A stretch of DNA of 64,000 bases, from assembly GCA_036231405.1 (NCBI GenBank), contig JAZAHK010000003.1:192001-256000 (forward strand), read 5' to 3'. How positions within the stretch are numbered: position 1 is the first letter of the stretch; each line of letters begins with the position of its first letter. The DNA is from Nitrospinota bacterium (GTDB lineage Bacteria; UBA8248). Shown piece after piece: positions 49,066 to 59,197 of the stretch. Below the pieces are notes generated by a model that had not been told where the DNA came from, ran no database searches, and saw only the letters and a program-made list of their open reading frames with translations. A program made the translations under genes and the position numbers.

Positions 49066-50673
49066 ATGAATAACGCAGATTTAATTGTTAAAACGTTAAA
49101 AAAAGCAGGAGTCAAATACGGATTTGGGATACCAAGCGGCAATGTTCTTCCGTTGATGGAAGCTATGAGGAAAGGTGGTATAGACTTCATCCTAACAGCA
49201 CATGAGGGTTCGGCAAGTTTTGCTGCCGACGTGATGGGTCGTCTTACTGGCAAACCTGGGTTTTGTATCTCGACTCTCGGTCCTGGGGCAACAAATCTTT
49301 CCACAGGGATAGGCAGCGCATTTCTCGATCGTTCTCCAGTTATAGGGATTACGTGTAATCTGAAAACTGATCAAATAGGACGTCGTATACAAATGTACAT
49401 AGATCATCATAAACTTTTTGAACCTATCACAAAGTCTAGTTTTGCTTTTAGAAAGAACAAAGTGGCTTCTACTCTTAAAAAGAGTATAGAGATAGTTAAA
49501 ACTGATCCTCTTGGGCCCGTACATCTAGACCTTCCAGAAGATATAGCACTCCTAAAAACAACCGAAAAAGTTCCCTTAATACCGAAAAGAACATATATGA
49601 AAAAAACTTCAAATCGATCTCTTCAAAAAGCAATCAAAATCCTAAGCGGATCTGAAAAACCGATTGCAATTCTCGGTGCCTCAACCACAAGAATGAGAAA
49701 TCCTGATCTTATTATAAAATTTTTAGAGAAATTCCAAATTCCCTTTGCTTCTACAACAATGGCCAAAGGTATAATTTCAGAGGAGCATCCTCTTTCTCTA
49801 GGATGTATAGAAAGAGGAAAAAGGCAGTTTCAAAGAGAATTTTTGAGTACTTCTGATCTAATAGTAGGATTAGGGTATGACGTCATAGAAGTAGAGTACG
49901 AAGCATGGATTAGAGACACTGCTTTACTCAACATAGACATAGAAAATGCAGATACTGATAAGTCCGTCAAAATTGTGCATGAAGTTGTTGGTGACCTTGA
50001 TTTCTCAATACAGAGCTTATCTAAACAAATAGGAAAAAAGGACGTATTTCACTGGAATAAAGATACAGTTTCCAAACATAAAGTTAATTTCCAGAAAGCT
50101 TTAAGACCAAGGACAAAAGGTTTTGCAGCACACGAAGCAATCGATATCGTCCGACATGTTTTACCAAAAGATGGAATTATCTCTTTTGATGTTGGAGCAC
50201 ATACCCACCAAATTGCAAGTCAATGGACTGCATATGAACCAAAAACTTTTTTAATTACAAATGGATGGTCTTCCATGGGGTTTGGGTTGCCTGGAGCAAT
50301 TTCTGCAAAATTAGCTTCTCCTGAACGCCCAGTTGTTGCTTTGATTGGAGATGGTTGTTTCCAAATGACATGCGGAGAACTTACTGTAGCCAAAAGATTG
50401 AACATTACTCTTCCCGTCGTTGTATTAGATGATAGTTGGCTCTCTTTGATCCAAGTAAAACAAGACAGGAGATCCTACGAGTTATATGGGACAAAACTAA
50501 ATGAAAAATCTCCGAAATCACCACCTTCTCATTACTTTGGAGTTCCTGCTTTTGGGGCAAATACTCCGGATAGCCTTGAGAAATTATTGAAAAAATCTTT
50601 TAAATTACAAGGGCCTTCAGTAATAGAAGCAAAAGTAAATCCTGAACATTATATGGAAACAGTTTTTGATTGA
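49066..50673 (+). CDS. ThDP-dependent enzyme, acetolactate-synthase-like
   Basis: HEGSA, TLGPGATN, GPVHLDLP, SSMGFGLP, GDG. Confidence 0.9.
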   Translation: MNNADLIVKTLKKAGVKYGFGIPSGNVLPLMEAMRKGGIDFILTAHEGSASFAADVMGRLTGKPGFCISTLGPGATNLSTGIGSAFLDRSPVIGITCNLKTDQIGRRIQMYIDHHKLFEPITKSSFAFRKNKVASTLKKSIEIVKTDPLGPVHLDLPEDIALLKTTEKVPLIPKRTYMKKTSNRSLQKAIKILSGSEKPIAILGASTTRMRNPDLIIKFLEKFQIPFASTTMAKGIISEEHPLSLGCIERGKRQFQREFLSTSDLIVGLGYDVIEVEYEAWIRDTALLNIDIENADTDKSVKIVHEVVGDLDFSIQSLSKQIGKKDVFHWNKDTVSKHKVNFQKALRPRTKGFAAHEAIDIVRHVLPKDGIISFDVGAHTHQIASQWTAYEPKTFLITNGWSSMGFGLPGAISAKLASPERPVVALIGDGCFQMTCGELTVAKRLNITLPVVVLDDSWLSLIQVKQDRRSYELYGTKLNEKSPKSPPSHYFGVPAFGANTPDSLEKLLKKSFKLQGPSVIEAKVNPEHYMETVFD

Positions 50674-50696
50674 TTAAAAAAAAATAAGGCAATCTA

Positions 50697-52478
50697 ATGG
50701 AATTTGAAAAAGTTGGGATAGTTGGTGTAGGCACCATGGGTTCTAATATCGCTATTTTATCTGCCAAAGCAGGATTCAATACACTCATTACAGATGAAAA
50801 TGAAGAAAATTTGAACTATGGTTTTCAAAATATTAAAAAATTTCTATCCGCCGGAATTACAAAAAGGAAACTTACCGCGATTCAAAAAGAATCAATTGAA
50901 AGCTCTATTGAAAAAATAGAAACAATCCAAGGACTGCGCGATTGTGACATAATAATCGAAGCAATAGTCGAAGATCAAAAAGCTAAAAATAAACTTTTAA
51001 AAAATTTAAACTCGATTGTAAAAGAAGAAACTATTTTTGCATCAAATACGAGCACTCTATCAATCAGTAACATGGGATTACATTCTGGTCGACCAGATAG
51101 AACAGTTGGGACCCATTTTTGTCTTCCAGCAGCCTTAAATAAAACAGTTGAGATTTCGCCAGGCATGCACACGAGTGAAAATACATATAAAAAAACGTTT
51201 AAATTTTTAGAAAAATTGGGACAAATTCCTACGAAAACAAAAGACTCTCCTGGTTTTATTTTAAATTATTTCCTATCCCCTTTTTTAAATGATTGTATTC
51301 ATCTCGTTGAAATTGGATATACCAATCCAAAGGACCTAGACACTGCGGTTAAGCTTGGGCTTGGTTATAAAATAGGGCCTATGGAATTGCTTGACATTGA
51401 AGGTCTAGACATTCATAGAACCGTCTCTCTATCTCTTTACGAACAACTTAAAGATCCTAGGTATATACCTCCAGATTTAATTAATAAGATGATTGACTCT
51501 GGTCATCTCGGAACGAAAACTGGAAAAGGGTTTTATAACTATAAAACACCAGGTTTTTTTGGGACAGCTGAGAGAGAAGATGAATCTGTACAAAAAAAAG
51601 AAGAGATCCATTTTCCTGAAAATATAAAAAAAATTGGTGTCGTAGGCTTAGGAACTATGGGTAGTGGTATCGCACAAGTTTGTTTAACTTCGGGATTTGA
51701 AGTGCTCGGAGTAGAAGAGAACGAAGAAGTTTTAAGTAGCGGGTTAGGAAAAATAGAGGGAAATCTAGAAGTCGCCGTTCAAAGAGGAAAACTAGACTCC
51801 TCTTCTAAATCAGAGACTTTAACTCGCCTACAAGGCTCAACTGAAATAAATTCTTTGGCTGAGTGTGACTTGGTTATTGAGGTCATAATCGAAAATATTG
51901 ATGCAAAGATCAAAATATTTAAAGAACTTGACAGAATAGTAAAGAAGGATTCTTTCCTAGCAACAAATACTTCGTGTCTATCTGTCACATCCATTGCCTC
52001 TGCAACAAATAGACCTGATAAGGTGCTCGGACTACATTTTTTCAATCCCCCATACGCAATGAAACTTGTAGAAGTAATACAAGCAATTCAAACTTCTGGA
52101 GAGACTTTCGAATTTGGCAAAGAATTTTGCAAACAAATAGGAAAAGTACCTATTCCTGTTCAAGATCGACCTGGTTTCCTCGTTAACCGTCTTTTAATTC
52201 CATATCTGAATCATGCTGCCCAAGCATTCGATGAAAAATTAGCTACCCGAGAAGATATGGACAGAGTAATCAGTTCGGGATTAGGTTATCCTATGGGGCC
52301 ACTCACACTGATGGATTTGGTAGGAATTGACGTTCAGACATTTGTTTCAGAAGCAATGTTTGAAGAACTTGGGGAATCTCGTTTTATGCCACCGCCTATA
52401 TTAAGTCGTATGACTTCTGCAAAATGGTTAGGCAGAAAATCAGGGAGTGGATTTTACGAGTATAAAAAAATAAGATGA
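50697..52478 (+). CDS. Tandem double 3-hydroxyacyl-CoA dehydrogenase
   Basis: Two complete units, each with GxGTMG, SNTS/TNTS, catalytic His, PGF, GP..L.D and GxKxGxGFY. Confidence 0.9.
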   Translation: MEFEKVGIVGVGTMGSNIAILSAKAGFNTLITDENEENLNYGFQNIKKFLSAGITKRKLTAIQKESIESSIEKIETIQGLRDCDIIIEAIVEDQKAKNKLLKNLNSIVKEETIFASNTSTLSISNMGLHSGRPDRTVGTHFCLPAALNKTVEISPGMHTSENTYKKTFKFLEKLGQIPTKTKDSPGFILNYFLSPFLNDCIHLVEIGYTNPKDLDTAVKLGLGYKIGPMELLDIEGLDIHRTVSLSLYEQLKDPRYIPPDLINKMIDSGHLGTKTGKGFYNYKTPGFFGTAEREDESVQKKEEIHFPENIKKIGVVGLGTMGSGIAQVCLTSGFEVLGVEENEEVLSSGLGKIEGNLEVAVQRGKLDSSSKSETLTRLQGSTEINSLAECDLVIEVIIENIDAKIKIFKELDRIVKKDSFLATNTSCLSVTSIASATNRPDKVLGLHFFNPPYAMKLVEVIQAIQTSGETFEFGKEFCKQIGKVPIPVQDRPGFLVNRLLIPYLNHAAQAFDEKLATREDMDRVISSGLGYPMGPLTLMDLVGIDVQTFVSEAMFEELGESRFMPPPILSRMTSAKWLGRKSGSGFYEYKKIR

Positions 52479-52509
52479 AATTTCATTAATCAAAACTACA
52501 GAGTCAAGG

Positions 52510-53460
52510 ATGCATCGAAAATTCACTAAACCAACAGTTGTAATAAGTAAATGTCTGGAATTCGAAGCATGTAGATATAATGGGCTAAAAATAAGTTTTG
52601 ACCCACTTACTTTAATGATGCCTCACATTGATTTTGTTCCAGTTTGCCCGGAAGTCGAAATTGGTCTTGGAACACCTAGAGACCCTATAAGAATAGTTAA
52701 AAAGAAGAATTTAACACTTGTACAACCTTCAACAAATAAGAAACTTACTCTCGCTATGAATCAATTCACAAACTCATTTCTAGATAATTTGAAAACTGTG
52801 GATGGTTTCATTTTAAAAGCGAAATCACCTTCTTGCGCAATAAAGGATGCAAAGTATTACTACAAAAAAGATAAAGAACAAAGTGCTGGTGAAGGACCAG
52901 GCCTATTTACAAAAAAAGTTGTCAAATTATTCCCATGTCTAGCAATAGAAGATGAGGGAAGACTTAGCAATTTTCACATTAGAGAACATTTCCTGACTAA
53001 GCTTTTTGCCCTATCATCATTTAGAAATACTAAAAGAACAAAAAAAATATCTGCATTGATTAAGTACCATGTAGATAATAAATTTTTAATGATGGCTTAT
53101 AACGAAAAATTGATGAGAATTCTAGGAAAAGTCGTTGCCTCTTATGATAAATTTAATTTAAAAAAAGTGTTTAAATTATATGAGAAGAATCTACAACTGG
53201 TATTCGAAAAACCGTATAAACGAAAAACTAATATTAATGTCTTGATGCACGCGATGGGATTTTTCTCTAAACTTTTAACTAAGAAAGAAAAAAAAATCAT
53301 ATTGGATCTTTTTCAACAATACTCAGATAGAAGAATCCCATTGTCCGATCTTATACAAATTATCCGTTCTTGGATTACAAGATATGAGAACATCTATCTT
53401 CAGAATCAGACCTATTTCGAACCATATCCGTTCAAATTAATGGATATTTCAAATTTCTGA
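52510..53460 (+). CDS. DUF523 (2-thiouracil desulfurase-like) plus DUF1722 (YbgA) protein
   Basis: SKCL...CRYNG, CPEVEIGLGTPR, KSPSC, EDEGRL, QTYFEPYP. Confidence 0.88.
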   Translation: MHRKFTKPTVVISKCLEFEACRYNGLKISFDPLTLMMPHIDFVPVCPEVEIGLGTPRDPIRIVKKKNLTLVQPSTNKKLTLAMNQFTNSFLDNLKTVDGFILKAKSPSCAIKDAKYYYKKDKEQSAGEGPGLFTKKVVKLFPCLAIEDEGRLSNFHIREHFLTKLFALSSFRNTKRTKKISALIKYHVDNKFLMMAYNEKLMRILGKVVASYDKFNLKKVFKLYEKNLQLVFEKPYKRKTNINVLMHAMGFFSKLLTKKEKKIILDLFQQYSDRRIPLSDLIQIIRSWITRYENIYLQNQTYFEPYPFKLMDISNF

Positions 53461-53499
53461 AAAGGGAATTTGTGAAAATTTTAGATACGGGAGAAAAAA

Positions 53500-54531
53500 A
53501 TGAAGTGTATTCGTTTTCATGAATATGGAGGACCTGAAGTTTTAAAGATAGAAGATATAAAAGAGCCTTCTCTTAGTCCCGGAAAAGTTTTAGTTAAAGT
53601 AAAAGCCGTCGGACTTAATCACCTTGACCTCTGGGTAAGAAAAGGATTGCCAGGAATCAAATCTATAATGCCACATATAGGAGGTTCAGATTTTACGGGA
53701 GAAATAGTTGGATTAGGAGAAGGAGTCAACGATTTAGAAGTTGGACAATCTGTAATAGATTTTCCTTTGGAAAGTTACGGAGGAGTCCCATTCTACTTGT
53801 GTGATGACCCTCCTGAAGGTAGATTTGAAATTATTGGAGAACAATCGAATGGTGCATGTTGTGAGTATATTAATGTTAATAGGCCTAACATATTACCTTT
53901 ACCCAAAAATCTTACTTTCGAAGAAGGGGCTGCTATTCCTATTGTATTTATAACAGCTTGGAGGATGCTAACTGAAAGAGCAAAATTGCAGATGGGTGAA
54001 ACTTTACTCATTCAAGGCGCAGGAAGCGGCGTGGGTTCAGCTGCAATACAAATTGGAAAACTGATTGGAGCGAAAGTAATAGCCTGTACGAGCAATGAAA
54101 AAAAAGCCAAACAAGCTGTCGATCTAGGGGCAGATGAAATAATTAACTACAAAACTGAATCTATTAGTGAAAGAGTTAGAGAAATTACAAAAAAAATTGG
54201 TGTAAATGTTGTTCTAGAACATGTAGGCGATGCTACTTGGAAAGAAAGTATAAAGAGCACTGCGTATCACGGTCGAATTGTAACGTGTGGAGCAACCACG
54301 GGATTCAAAGGAGAAACAAACCTTGCTCTACTTTTTGCAAAACAACTCTCTGTCTTAGGAAGTACAATGGGAACTCTTCCTTCATTTAAAAAGATTTTAT
54401 CGTTGTTTGAAGAAGGAAAATTAAAACCAGTCATCGACCGCATTATGAAACTTGAAGACTGCAAAAAGGCTCACGAATTATTAGAAGAAGGGAAGCAATT
54501 TGGGAAATTAGTCTTAAAAGTTAATGAATAA
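53500..54531 (+). CDS. MDR-family oxidoreductase (quinone-oxidoreductase-like)
   Basis: YGGPEVL, NHLDLW, GAGSGVGSAA, CGATTG, GSTMG, FGKLVL. Confidence 0.9.
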   Translation: MKCIRFHEYGGPEVLKIEDIKEPSLSPGKVLVKVKAVGLNHLDLWVRKGLPGIKSIMPHIGGSDFTGEIVGLGEGVNDLEVGQSVIDFPLESYGGVPFYLCDDPPEGRFEIIGEQSNGACCEYINVNRPNILPLPKNLTFEEGAAIPIVFITAWRMLTERAKLQMGETLLIQGAGSGVGSAAIQIGKLIGAKVIACTSNEKKAKQAVDLGADEIINYKTESISERVREITKKIGVNVVLEHVGDATWKESIKSTAYHGRIVTCGATTGFKGETNLALLFAKQLSVLGSTMGTLPSFKKILSLFEEGKLKPVIDRIMKLEDCKKAHELLEEGKQFGKLVLKVNE

Positions 54532-54545
54532 AAATTAGAGGCCAT

Positions 54546-55697
54546 ATGTTAAATATTCCAGGTGTCATGAACGAGAATTTTTACCCTGACATTCCAATCT
54601 CCGAGTATGAGAGAAGACATATACTCACAGAAGAGAGAATGGACTTAGATGGTATTGATTGTTTAGTCATTTTTGGAGGAAGAGATAATCATTTGGCAAA
54701 TCCAGAATCAAGATGGATTACAGGCTTAAACGATCGACATCTTTTTATGATAGTTTTCCAAAGAGAAGGTATTGCCACGATCTTTACTAAATCCAATAGG
54801 GCGTTAGAAAGTCTTCAGAAAAGAACTATATTCAAAGATATTAGATTAACCCAAACTACTTATGAAAAAACACTGATCGAGCACCTTAGAAAAATTGATC
54901 TACAAGAAGGGAAAATAGGATTTTTAAGAGCCAGAAATAATTTTCAGTTTCCAAAACTCAATTTAAAAGAAATTCAATCGGAACTTCCAAAGATACATTT
55001 TGAACTGGAACTTGATAATTTTTCTGAATTAATACATCAAAAAAGTTCTACTGAACTTGTTTTCTACCGCTATGGGGCTAAATGCACTGATATTGCAGCA
55101 GAAACGTATATCCAAAAAATTGAGGCCAATAAAACAGAAAGAGAACTGTTTGGGGAACTATTTAAATCAGGATTCAGTGCTGGAGGGATAACAGAATTTT
55201 GTGCTGTTTCCATAAATTCTAACCTACAAAGTTGTACCGAACCTACAATCAATCCTTCATTAAAAAAAGTGTCTAAAAAAGATTTCATTTTAAGCCAGTT
55301 GAGTGTGTCTTACGGAAACTGCCCTGGTTATATTCTTTTTCCTTTAGTTATTGGTCCACCAGATCCTATTTTTGAACAAGTTTTTTCGCTTTCTGCTAAT
55401 ACAATTAGAACGATTTCTCCTCTCATTAAACCTGGGAGAACTATTAAAGAAATTTTTATGGAGGCTAGAGAATTATCCACTTCAAAGTTTGAAATTACTG
55501 AATTCATTTCAGAAGGAAACAACCATTACAACAGTTTCACAAATTTCTCAGAAGAACTAAAAGAAAATCAATTGATAATAGTGCAACCTAGGTGGTCAAT
55601 CGAACAAAAAGAAATCCCACCTTTAATAGGTTCCCTTCACGTAGTTACAGAAGAAGGTGGGAAAAAATTCCAGAATTTTGAATCAGAACTAAAATAA
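54546..55697 (+). CDS. Creatinase/M24-fold protein, degenerate
   Basis: SEYERR N-terminal creatinase-like domain, KS..EL motif, IKPG; metal ligands not recognisable. Confidence 0.6.
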   Translation: MLNIPGVMNENFYPDIPISEYERRHILTEERMDLDGIDCLVIFGGRDNHLANPESRWITGLNDRHLFMIVFQREGIATIFTKSNRALESLQKRTIFKDIRLTQTTYEKTLIEHLRKIDLQEGKIGFLRARNNFQFPKLNLKEIQSELPKIHFELELDNFSELIHQKSSTELVFYRYGAKCTDIAAETYIQKIEANKTERELFGELFKSGFSAGGITEFCAVSINSNLQSCTEPTINPSLKKVSKKDFILSQLSVSYGNCPGYILFPLVIGPPDPIFEQVFSLSANTIRTISPLIKPGRTIKEIFMEARELSTSKFEITEFISEGNNHYNSFTNFSEELKENQLIIVQPRWSIEQKEIPPLIGSLHVVTEEGGKKFQNFESELK

Positions 55698-55752
55698 TTT
55701 AAAATCAAACTCTGACCTTTTCTCATTATAAAAAGGGGTGTATTTTCTTAAT

Positions 55753-55849
55753 GGGAGCACATCGGTGCTGGTGTGCCGCCTGGACTTCAAATCCAGTGGA
55801 CGGGTCTAAACAATTCGTCGGTGGGTTCGACTCCCACGTGCTTCCGCCA
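55753..55849 (+). tRNA. selC: tRNA-Sec(TCA)
   Basis: 97 nt; 8-bp acceptor GGGAGCAC/GTGCTTCC, 6-bp D stem with TGGT loop, CTGGA-CT-TCA-AA-TCCAG, long variable arm, 5-bp T stem, G discriminator plus CCA. Confidence 0.95.
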
Positions 55850-55875
55850 CTCTAGGGATTCCCAAACTCAATCAA

Positions 55876-56868
55876 CTACTTTCTAGATAATTTCAAAAAC
55901 CAGTCTGCAGTTTCTTTTTTGATCGTTTCAGATGTCCAAAGAGGAGCATCTTCCCAATCCTTAAGATTATCTAACATAATTTTCACTCCAGAAGAGAATG
56001 AAATTTTTGCTTCCCATCCCAAAAAATTTTTAATCTTTGAAACATCTGCGTGAGTACAATCAGGTTCTCCAGGTCTTTTTGGGATGTGTTCAACATTTTT
56101 ACAATCTAAAAGTTCAACAAGCCTGTTGACACTTTGCGGATCACCAGACCCAACGTTAAAAATTTCTTGTTTAACTTGTGATTCTGCAGCTTTTAGAAAT
56201 GCATCAACAACATCGGAAACAAAAGTAAAATCTCGAAGTTGTGTTCCATCTCCTACCACTGTAAGTGGCTTCCCATTAATTTTCTGTGCAAGGAAAACTC
56301 CAAAAACAGCGCCATAAGTTCCGGTTGTTCTAGACCTAGGTCCATACACGTTAAATAGTCTAAGTGAAACAACCGGCAAATCATATATTTTTCCCCAATG
56401 TAAAACACATTCTTCGCCTAAATATTTAGTGAGTGCGTAAGGGTACTCTACCTGAATTATTGAAGATTCTGATGTGGGGTAAAGTTTAGGGATCCCATAG
56501 CAGGAAGAGGAAGCTGCGTATATAAAACTCTTTATATCATTTCTTCTTGAAAGTTCGAGAACATTCATTGTTCCTAGAGAATTTACGCGAAAATAATTCT
56601 CAGGATTACTTATGGATGGAACAATATCCGCCAAACCAGCCAAATGAAAAACCCAGTCAATATTATAAAAATATTCAGAAATCTCTTCTTTTTCGGTGAT
56701 GCTAGCATCAATAATGGCAAGATTTTTATATGTTTTAGCTTTAGAAAGATTATCTGACCTACCAGTAGAAAAATCATCTATAACCACGACTTCATGATTC
56801 TCTGATAAAAGAGCATCTACTAAATGACTGCCAATAAAACCAGCCCCGCCTGTTACAAGTGTTTTCAT
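55876..56868 (-). CDS. NAD-dependent nucleotide-sugar epimerase/dehydratase (extended SDR)
   Basis: TGGAGFIG, ASSSCYG, YALTK, LFNVYGPR. Confidence 0.92.
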   Translation of the reverse strand: MKTLVTGGAGFIGSHLVDALLSENHEVVVIDDFSTGRSDNLSKAKTYKNLAIIDASITEKEEISEYFYNIDWVFHLAGLADIVPSISNPENYFRVNSLGTMNVLELSRRNDIKSFIYAASSSCYGIPKLYPTSESSIIQVEYPYALTKYLGEECVLHWGKIYDLPVVSLRLFNVYGPRSRTTGTYGAVFGVFLAQKINGKPLTVVGDGTQLRDFTFVSDVVDAFLKAAESQVKQEIFNVGSGDPQSVNRLVELLDCKNVEHIPKRPGEPDCTHADVSKIKNFLGWEAKISFSSGVKIMLDNLKDWEDAPLWTSETIKKETADWFLKLSRK

Positions 56869-56894
56869 TTACAAATCCATTTCTTTTTATGACC

Positions 56895-58004
56895 CTATCT
56901 TTTCTTGCCATAGAAAGAAAAAACAGAATCTATTGTAAAGTCTAATTCGACATCAGTTAGATGCTGATGAGCTGGCAGTGTTATAATTTCGGAGCAATCC
57001 CTTTCTGCAAAAGGAAAATCTCCTTTTTTGTAACCAAGATATTCAGATGCTTTCTGAAGGTGAACAGGGATCGGATAATGAATCTTAGCTTCAACTCCAC
57101 GTTCTTGTAAAAATTGTAGAAGTTCATCCCTTTTTTCCGCTCTAACTATATATAAGTGAAACACATGCTTTACACCTTCCCTCCTCACAGGAACCCGAAC
57201 ATTACCATCTAATAAAGCAAGCGCTTCATCGTATTTTTTTGCATTTTGTATTCTTTTTTCAGTGATAAATGTCGTTTGTTCTATTAAGCGATTACCTATA
57301 ACGGCTTGCAAAGTATCCATCCTACAGTTAACACCAAAAATACCAATTTCATCCCTATTAATCATCCCATGGTTTCTGTAAAGACGAAGTTTTTCAGATA
57401 GTTCATCATTCCCAGTCAGAACTACTCCAGCATCTCCCCATACATTAAGATTCTTAAGTGGATGAAGACTAAATGAAACTGCATTTCCCCAAGAACCAAC
57501 CATCAAATCGTTTATGGAAGCACAAATTGATTGACATGCGTCTTCAACAATAAATAAATTGTGTTTTTTGGCTATAGAAATTATTTCAGGCATGTCCGCT
57601 ACATTTCCCGTGTAATGTACAGGAACAATTGCTTTAGTTTTAGGGGTGATAGCCTCCTCTATTTTACTAGGATCAATAACAAACCCATCTTCACTATCAA
57701 CAAAAACTGGAGTTGCACCCGTCATAACGATCGCACCTACGGTAGCAATAAAAGTCATAGTAGTTGTGATAACTTCATCGCCAGGACCGATTCCCAACAT
57801 TTTCAAAGGAAGCGCAATTGCATCTGTGCCAGTACCCACACCAATTGCGTGCTTTGCTCCCATGAGAGACGCAAAACTTTTTTCAAATTTTTCTAGAGAG
57901 TCTCCCAGGGTAAAATCTCCAGATTCAACTAGTACTCTTACGTCTTCTATATAATCTTCTATATCAGAAAATTGCCTATCCAGATAAGAAAATGGAACTT
58001 TCAT
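56895..58004 (-). CDS. DegT/DnrJ/EryC1/StrS sugar aminotransferase
   Basis: [13 protein letters not shown] (PLP Lys), GDAG, RNHG, IHYP. Confidence 0.92.
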   Translation of the reverse strand: MKVPFSYLDRQFSDIEDYIEDVRVLVESGDFTLGDSLEKFEKSFASLMGAKHAIGVGTGTDAIALPLKMLGIGPGDEVITTTMTFIATVGAIVMTGATPVFVDSEDGFVIDPSKIEEAITPKTKAIVPVHYTGNVADMPEIISIAKKHNLFIVEDACQSICASINDLMVGSWGNAVSFSLHPLKNLNVWGDAGVVLTGNDELSEKLRLYRNHGMINRDEIGIFGVNCRMDTLQAVIGNRLIEQTTFITEKRIQNAKKYDEALALLDGNVRVPVRREGVKHVFHLYIVRAEKRDELLQFLQERGVEAKIHYPIPVHLQKASEYLGYKKGDFPFAERDCSEIITLPAHQHLTDVELDFTIDSVFSFYGKKR

Positions 58005-58023
58005 TTTGAAATAACTCCACTAA

Positions 58024-59142
58024 TTAAGAATTAAAAAAATCTTCAATTGTTTCAATAACATGGGAAAGTTGTTCTTCGTTAAGACCTTGGTAAATAGGCA
58101 AACTTAGAATTTTTTTTGCCTGCTCTTCTGCAACAGGGAAACTCCCTTTCTGGTACCCCAATTTAAGACCAATAGATTGTAAGTGGATAGGAACAGGATA
58201 ATGGATTGCAGTTTGAATTCCTCTTGAAGAAAGAAAACTCTTCAGTTCATCACGTTTCTCAGTTTGAATAATATATGTGTGGAAAACTGATTTTTCTTTC
58301 TCAGTCGGGACGGGAAGAATCAAATTATCAAAATGAGAAAGTCCATTCTCATAAAAAATTGCGTTTGAGATCCTTTGTTCAGTCCATTCTTCTATATACT
58401 TCATTTTCACGAGTAGAATCGCAGCTTGTAAATTATCTAATCTACTATTTCCACTCCAAAACTCACAGTCATCTCTTGTTCTCAGACCTAAATTCCTCAA
58501 AACTTTCATTTTATCGAACAAATCCTCATTATCTGTGGTGATAATGCCTCCATCCCCGATAGCACTTAATGTTTTTAACGGGTGCAAGCTAAAACAACCA
58601 GTAATCCCAAAAGAACCTACCTTCTTTCCATTATATTCCGCTAAGAACGCCTGAGCGGAATCTTCTACTATATGTAATCCGTATCGATCACTAATTTCAA
58701 CTAAAGGAGCCATTTTTGAAGGTCTACCGGTTAAATGAACTGGCAAAATAGCTTTTGTTTTTTTAGAAATCTTTTCCTCAACCTTAAAAGGATCAATATT
58801 AAGGTCATCTCCAACATCAACAAAAACAGGTTTTGCACCTAAAAGAGCAATAGCACTAGAGGTTGCTACAAAGGAATTGGGGACAGTGATCACTTCATCA
58901 TCTTCGCCAATATCCAAGGCGCGCAAAGAAAGTATTAGGGCATCAGTTCCTGAATTCACACCAATTGCATATTTAGTTTCACACTTTTCTGCAAATTTCT
59001 CTTCAAACTTTGAGACCTCTTCACCAAGAATAAAATTGCCATTTTGGATAACATTAGAAATCTCTTGAATTATCTCATCATGGACAATCGAATTTAGAGA
59101 GGCTACATCTACGTAAGGAACGTTAATTTTTCCAGAACTCAT
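58024..59142 (-). CDS. DegT/DnrJ/EryC1/StrS sugar aminotransferase
   Basis: NSGTDAL, EDSAQ, SLHPLKTL, GDGG, NSRLD. Confidence 0.92.
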   Translation of the reverse strand: MSSGKINVPYVDVASLNSIVHDEIIQEISNVIQNGNFILGEEVSKFEEKFAEKCETKYAIGVNSGTDALILSLRALDIGEDDEVITVPNSFVATSSAIALLGAKPVFVDVGDDLNIDPFKVEEKISKKTKAILPVHLTGRPSKMAPLVEISDRYGLHIVEDSAQAFLAEYNGKKVGSFGITGCFSLHPLKTLSAIGDGGIITTDNEDLFDKMKVLRNLGLRTRDDCEFWSGNSRLDNLQAAILLVKMKYIEEWTEQRISNAIFYENGLSHFDNLILPVPTEKEKSVFHTYIIQTEKRDELKSFLSSRGIQTAIHYPVPIHLQSIGLKLGYQKGSFPVAEEQAKKILSLPIYQGLNEEQLSHVIETIEDFFNS

Positions 59143-59197
59143 GAATAGAGCCTTGTGGTTAGTAAAATTTCTAGTTTTATTTTAAAAAAAAATTCCG

